Below are positions 16,050-19,223 of a stretch of 19,223 nucleotides of DNA, piece by piece. The notes under the pieces were generated by a model that searched no databases, was not told where the DNA came from, and worked only from the letters and a program-made list of their open reading frames with translations. Position numbers and translations under genes: made by a program. The stretch spans positions 1 through 19,223 of the forward strand of contig JBDGTY010000046.1 in the NCBI GenBank assembly GCA_042216335.1. The letters run 5' to 3'. Each line of letters starts with the position of its first letter. The stretch's first letter is position 1. The stretch comes from Candidatus Nanohalobium sp. (GTDB lineage Archaea > Nanohalarchaeota > Nanosalinia > Nanosalinales > Nanosalinaceae).

Positions 16050-16607
16050 ATGTCTTCGCCGGAGCACGGGAAGCTTCTTCATGAAATCTCTGAAAGTTAT
16101 GAGAAAGACGGTTATAATGCGGTTGCTGTAGATGAGTCTTTTCCGGGTATTTTTGTAGAACATAGTGGAGAAGATAAGGGTCGTGTTGATTTACTTCTTG
16201 AGGATACATATTCACCTACTTACAAGGTTGTTGAGGTTGTGAAATGCTCTAATTTAGATCCTGGGGTGCTTGATAGCAAGTTTGAAAGCTCTTATGATGA
16301 TTTAGAGAAGAATGTTGATTACTTTGATTCGATTGTTGATCAGGATGTTGTTCCGGAACTGGTTCTTTCAACCCAGGAAAATCTTCATACGGTCAGGGAG
16401 ATATGGGAGGAGTCTGTTAAGACTTTCACTTGGGATCAGGCTGTTGAGTGGGTTTCCGATACTGGGAGACTGGGAGAAATACGAGACGAGAGATATATTC
16501 GACTCAAACACGATATCTCAAGAGAAGAAGATGAGGAGGTAATGGAGTTCAACGAGCAGCTCCATGAATTAACAGACTACTTCATAGAGGCAAAACTCTA
16601 CCCGTAA
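16050..16607 (+). CDS. Hypothetical protein, possibly PD-(D/E)XK nuclease fold
   Basis: ATG 16050 with TATAAG upstream; H..L...I...Y...GY, GRVDLLL, VVEVVK resemble the D...ExK core. Confidence 0.55.
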   Translation: MSSPEHGKLLHEISESYEKDGYNAVAVDESFPGIFVEHSGEDKGRVDLLLEDTYSPTYKVVEVVKCSNLDPGVLDSKFESSYDDLEKNVDYFDSIVDQDVVPELVLSTQENLHTVREIWEESVKTFTWDQAVEWVSDTGRLGEIRDERYIRLKHDISREEDEEVMEFNEQLHELTDYFIEAKLYP

Positions 16608-16846
16608 TGCTCCTCCAGATACTCCACTATATCATCTGATTCAGGCATGACTGTGTCTGTGTTTGGGTCCACAAGTACCGGAACGTTGGTCTGTCCTGAA
16701 ACTTCCTCTACTTTTGATCTGTCGTTCTTGTCGACCTGTCTTGCGATAAAATCGATTCCGAGTTCGGTCAACTTGCTTCTGACTTTCCCGCAGTACGGAC
16801 ATCCCTCGAACTGGTAGAGCTCCAGTAGTTCGTCTGGCTGTGTCAT
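16598..16846 (-). CDS. Glutaredoxin-like protein
   Basis: LYQFEGCPYCGKVR, SGQTNVPVLVD, MPESDDIVEYL. Confidence 0.92.
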   Translation of the reverse strand: MTQPDELLELYQFEGCPYCGKVRSKLTELGIDFIARQVDKNDRSKVEEVSGQTNVPVLVDPNTDTVMPESDDIVEYLEEHYG

Positions 16847-16903
16847 AAGTAGAAAAAGTGTTTCATGTCTTTTTACCTTGACGGGTAAGCTCCTGGTAAC
16901 CGA

Positions 16904-17341
16904 TCAACCATCGATCTCCTCAACGGCCTTCTCCAGGACCTCAACATTGTTCTCGTAAGTCAGGAGGGACTTCGCGTCCTCCTCTCCCAGGAAGAAGCCC
17001 TGGACATGCTCATCGCATGGGTTCTGAGAAACATCAATCTGCACATCCTTACCAACTTTGACGATAAAGGCTCTGTACTCCTTCCTGAACTCCTCTCCGT
17101 CCTGCTCATACTCCCAGGAAGTCTCTTCCCTCATATCGGTTATCTCCTGTATCTGGCCTTCCTCTATCCCGCACTCCTCCATCAACTCGATCTTCACCGT
17201 CTCACGGTAATCGTCCTCTTCCAGGTGGCCTTTGGGTAGCTCCCAGCCCTCCCAGTTCCTTTTCCTCTGCAGCAGGGCGTACCGGTTACTCCTCCTTGAC
17301 TCCTTGTAGGCCACGACGATAACTCCTTTTTCCGTTTCCAT
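16904..17341 (-). CDS. Nudix hydrolase
   Basis: WELPKGHLEEDDYRETVKIELMEECGI Nudix box; YALLQR strand. Confidence 0.88.
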   Translation of the reverse strand: METEKGVIVVAYKESRRSNRYALLQRKRNWEGWELPKGHLEEDDYRETVKIELMEECGIEEGQIQEITDMREETSWEYEQDGEEFRKEYRAFIVKVGKDVQIDVSQNPCDEHVQGFFLGEEDAKSLLTYENNVEVLEKAVEEIDG

Positions 17342-17428
17342 GTCTCCGGTTTCCCTCCCGTATCTTTTAACTTTTCCAGTTGAGATGATTCTGTTGAAAA
17401 TTATTACTGAAGAAAGGTAAAGAGAAAT

Positions 17429-18124
17429 TTAATCCCAGTAAGCGTCTCTTTCCAAGAACCAGTCTACATCTTCAGCTTCTTCATCTAGTGCTTGTCTGTA
17501 TCTGTGTCCCAAAGAATGCTTTGGTTCTAAGTCGACTGAGGGATAGGGTTCTGTCCATCCTCCTTCTGTAGTCGCTCCCGCATGTTCCACGGCATTTAGT
17601 GCACCGGTTGCATAGGCTATCTCAGACTGTATCTTTTCCCTATTTTCAGGTTCCAAGTCATTTCTCTTACCGCCTCCTCTTATAGGCCCTGCTGATTTAA
17701 TCCCATGGAAGTTGTCTAGGACTAAATCTCTTCTTTCACATAGTTCTACTGCCGCTTCAGAAGCCTCATCTACTAACCACTTCATCGGATCTCCATTTTC
17801 TTCCTGGTATCCTAGGTGCTCTAGAAAACCATACACTTCAGGAGGCGTTTCTTCCCAGTCCTCATTCATAAAACGATTGTACATGTCCAAAAAGTCTCGG
17901 ACTTCATCGGCTTTATTCCTCATCTTCCCAACTTGATACACCAACCATTCCGGAGTATTCTCGGTTGCTTCTATTTCAACAGGATCTCTCGGCGAGTATT
18001 CCTGTACAATTTCTCGAGGGTTTATGCCGTATCCGCCTTCATTCTTTTCGTCAGCATCTTCGGGCAAATCTATATCACCTACGTCTATAGTTTCCGAATC
18101 GAAATCATCAGGGTCACGTCTCAT
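17429..18124 (-). CDS. Acidic hypothetical protein
   Basis: 231-aa ORF with D/E-rich composition and TTTTAAA ~22 nt upstream; no recognisable motif. Confidence 0.75.
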   Translation of the reverse strand: MRRDPDDFDSETIDVGDIDLPEDADEKNEGGYGINPREIVQEYSPRDPVEIEATENTPEWLVYQVGKMRNKADEVRDFLDMYNRFMNEDWEETPPEVYGFLEHLGYQEENGDPMKWLVDEASEAAVELCERRDLVLDNFHGIKSAGPIRGGGKRNDLEPENREKIQSEIAYATGALNAVEHAGATTEGGWTEPYPSVDLEPKHSLGHRYRQALDEEAEDVDWFLERDAYWD

Positions 18125-18272
18125 ACACTAATTGTAGAAAGCCAAATTTAAAATATTTGTGACTAAGTCTCAACAACAAAATTATGTGGGTTGTTCAAGA
18201 TTAATCTGTTCTTGACCTTTGGCAACGGCTTTTTATATTTCCGCTTCGATTTTATCATTGAGCGGTGTCAAA

Positions 18273-18902
18273 ATGATAGGGCGTCTTAAAGACTTGTTCA
18301 GCAACCTTTTCGGTGACTCGGAAAAGGAGGATGTGTCCATAGGGATCTACGGGCCTCCAAACGCGGGAAAATCCACTCTAGCCAACGAGATCTCCAAAGA
18401 CCTGACTGGGGAGGAGATGAGCAACGTATCCGAGGTGCCGCACGAAACCCGGGCCGTGGAAAAAAAGGAGAAAGTTACTATAGAATCGGACGATGGACGA
18501 AGCCTGGACCTAAACCTTCTAGACATGCCAGGAATCTCCACGAACGTGGACTTCAAGGACTTCACCGAACACGGCATGGAGGAGGAAGACGCCAAAGGCC
18601 GAGCCAAGGAAGCCACAAAAGGAATTGTAGAAGCGATAAAATATCTGGACGACGTCGATGCATGCCTCGTAATCTTCGACTCGACCGAGGATCCGTATAC
18701 ACAGGTAAACGTGACCATCATCGGCAACCTTGAGGCCAAGGACATCCCCATCCTGATTCTGGCGAACAAGATCGACAAGGAGGACTCCGATCCTTCTCGT
18801 GTCCGTGATGCGTTCCCTCAGCACCCTGTTCTCGAGATCTCCGCGAAGGAGGGTGAAAACATCGACAAACTTTATGAGGAAATAATCGAAAGGTTGTCAT
18901 AA
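18273..18902 (+). CDS. oapA: Small GTPase OapA/ArvA (Era-like)
   Basis: IGIYGPPNAGKSTLAN, S.VPHETR, DMPG, EATKGIVEAIKYLD, DPYTQVNVTIIGNL, ANKID, ISA; ATG 18273 after GGTG. Confidence 0.88.
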   Translation: MIGRLKDLFSNLFGDSEKEDVSIGIYGPPNAGKSTLANEISKDLTGEEMSNVSEVPHETRAVEKKEKVTIESDDGRSLDLNLLDMPGISTNVDFKDFTEHGMEEEDAKGRAKEATKGIVEAIKYLDDVDACLVIFDSTEDPYTQVNVTIIGNLEAKDIPILILANKIDKEDSDPSRVRDAFPQHPVLEISAKEGENIDKLYEEIIERLS

Positions 18903-19223
18903 TGAGCGATGAGGAAGGAGTTACAATAGAGTTTCTCTCAAGAGACAAGCTGTCCGCCAAAGGATTCGAAGACAAGCTAGACACAGTACTGGAGAAAGTG
19001 CGGGACAACTCCGTCCTCGTACTAGAGGAAAGCTGGACGCCAGAGGAGAAGAGAGAACTTATCCAGAACTCGATGGAGGAGGTAGACGATGACTTCCCCG
19101 GTGTAGAGTTCATGGGCCTAGACTCGGGAGAAAACAGGTTCGACCAACTGAGGAACATGTTCTACGAAAAAATACTAAACGAGAAATACAGGAAAGGCCT
19201 CACAATCGTCGGAAACAGCCGGG
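18902..19223 (+). CDS. oapB: DUF2073 family protein OapB (3'-truncated by the window)
   Basis: TAATG overlap with oapA; MSDEEGVTIEFLSRDKL....EDKL..VLEKVRDNSVLVLEESWTPEEKRELIQ.SM.EVDDDFPGVE...GLTIVG. Confidence 0.85.
   Translation, partial: MSDEEGVTIEFLSRDKLSAKGFEDKLDTVLEKVRDNSVLVLEESWTPEEKRELIQNSMEEVDDDFPGVEFMGLDSGENRFDQLRNMFYEKILNEKYRKGLTIVGNSR

Noticed and set aside
17374..17387. ORB-like TTCCAGTTGAGAT
   Set aside because: Single degenerate copy, no G-string, no orc1/cdc6 nearby.
121..19158. Numerous short Ser/Phe-rich antisense ORFs in the ORF track
   Set aside because: Shadows of Glu/Asp/Lys-rich genes on the opposite strand.
1..19223. CRISPR array, transposase, integrase or viral hallmark genes
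   Set aside because: No regularly spaced repeats or matching protein motifs seen.

Overview
Compact archaeal chromosome segment. The strongly acidic proteins, mostly leaderless TATA promoters, GGTGA Shine-Dalgarno sites, BHB tRNA intron and moderate GC point to a halophilic DPANN archaeon such as a Nanohaloarchaeote (inference). Housekeeping genes: a 5'-truncated Kef/CPA2 transporter, stand-alone Bud32, YdbS/YdbT-like PH-domain pair, thermonuclease, uS15, GAN/RecJ-type DHH protein, eS1 (S3Ae), tRNA-Lys(CTT) with a 58-nt intron, tRNA-Ile(GAT), glutaredoxin, a Nudix hydrolase and oapA/oapB. Accessory genes sit between them: an RHH/RelE toxin-antitoxin pair, a NEW3-domain/ABC exporter operon, tandem HExxH zinc peptidases, a pore-less voltage-sensor-like protein between the tRNAs, and an AT-rich tract after tRNA-Ile with a 36-aa membrane peptide, a membrane-anchored Mrr nuclease and a PD-(D/E)XK-like protein. 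Five accessory genes are broken by frameshifts or a stop and can be reconstructed by hand, while core genes look intact; this is either decay or long-read error. Best leads: a structured leader upstream of rps15, the stand-alone voltage-sensor domain and the post-tRNA candidate defence islet. None is demonstrated to be a new system.
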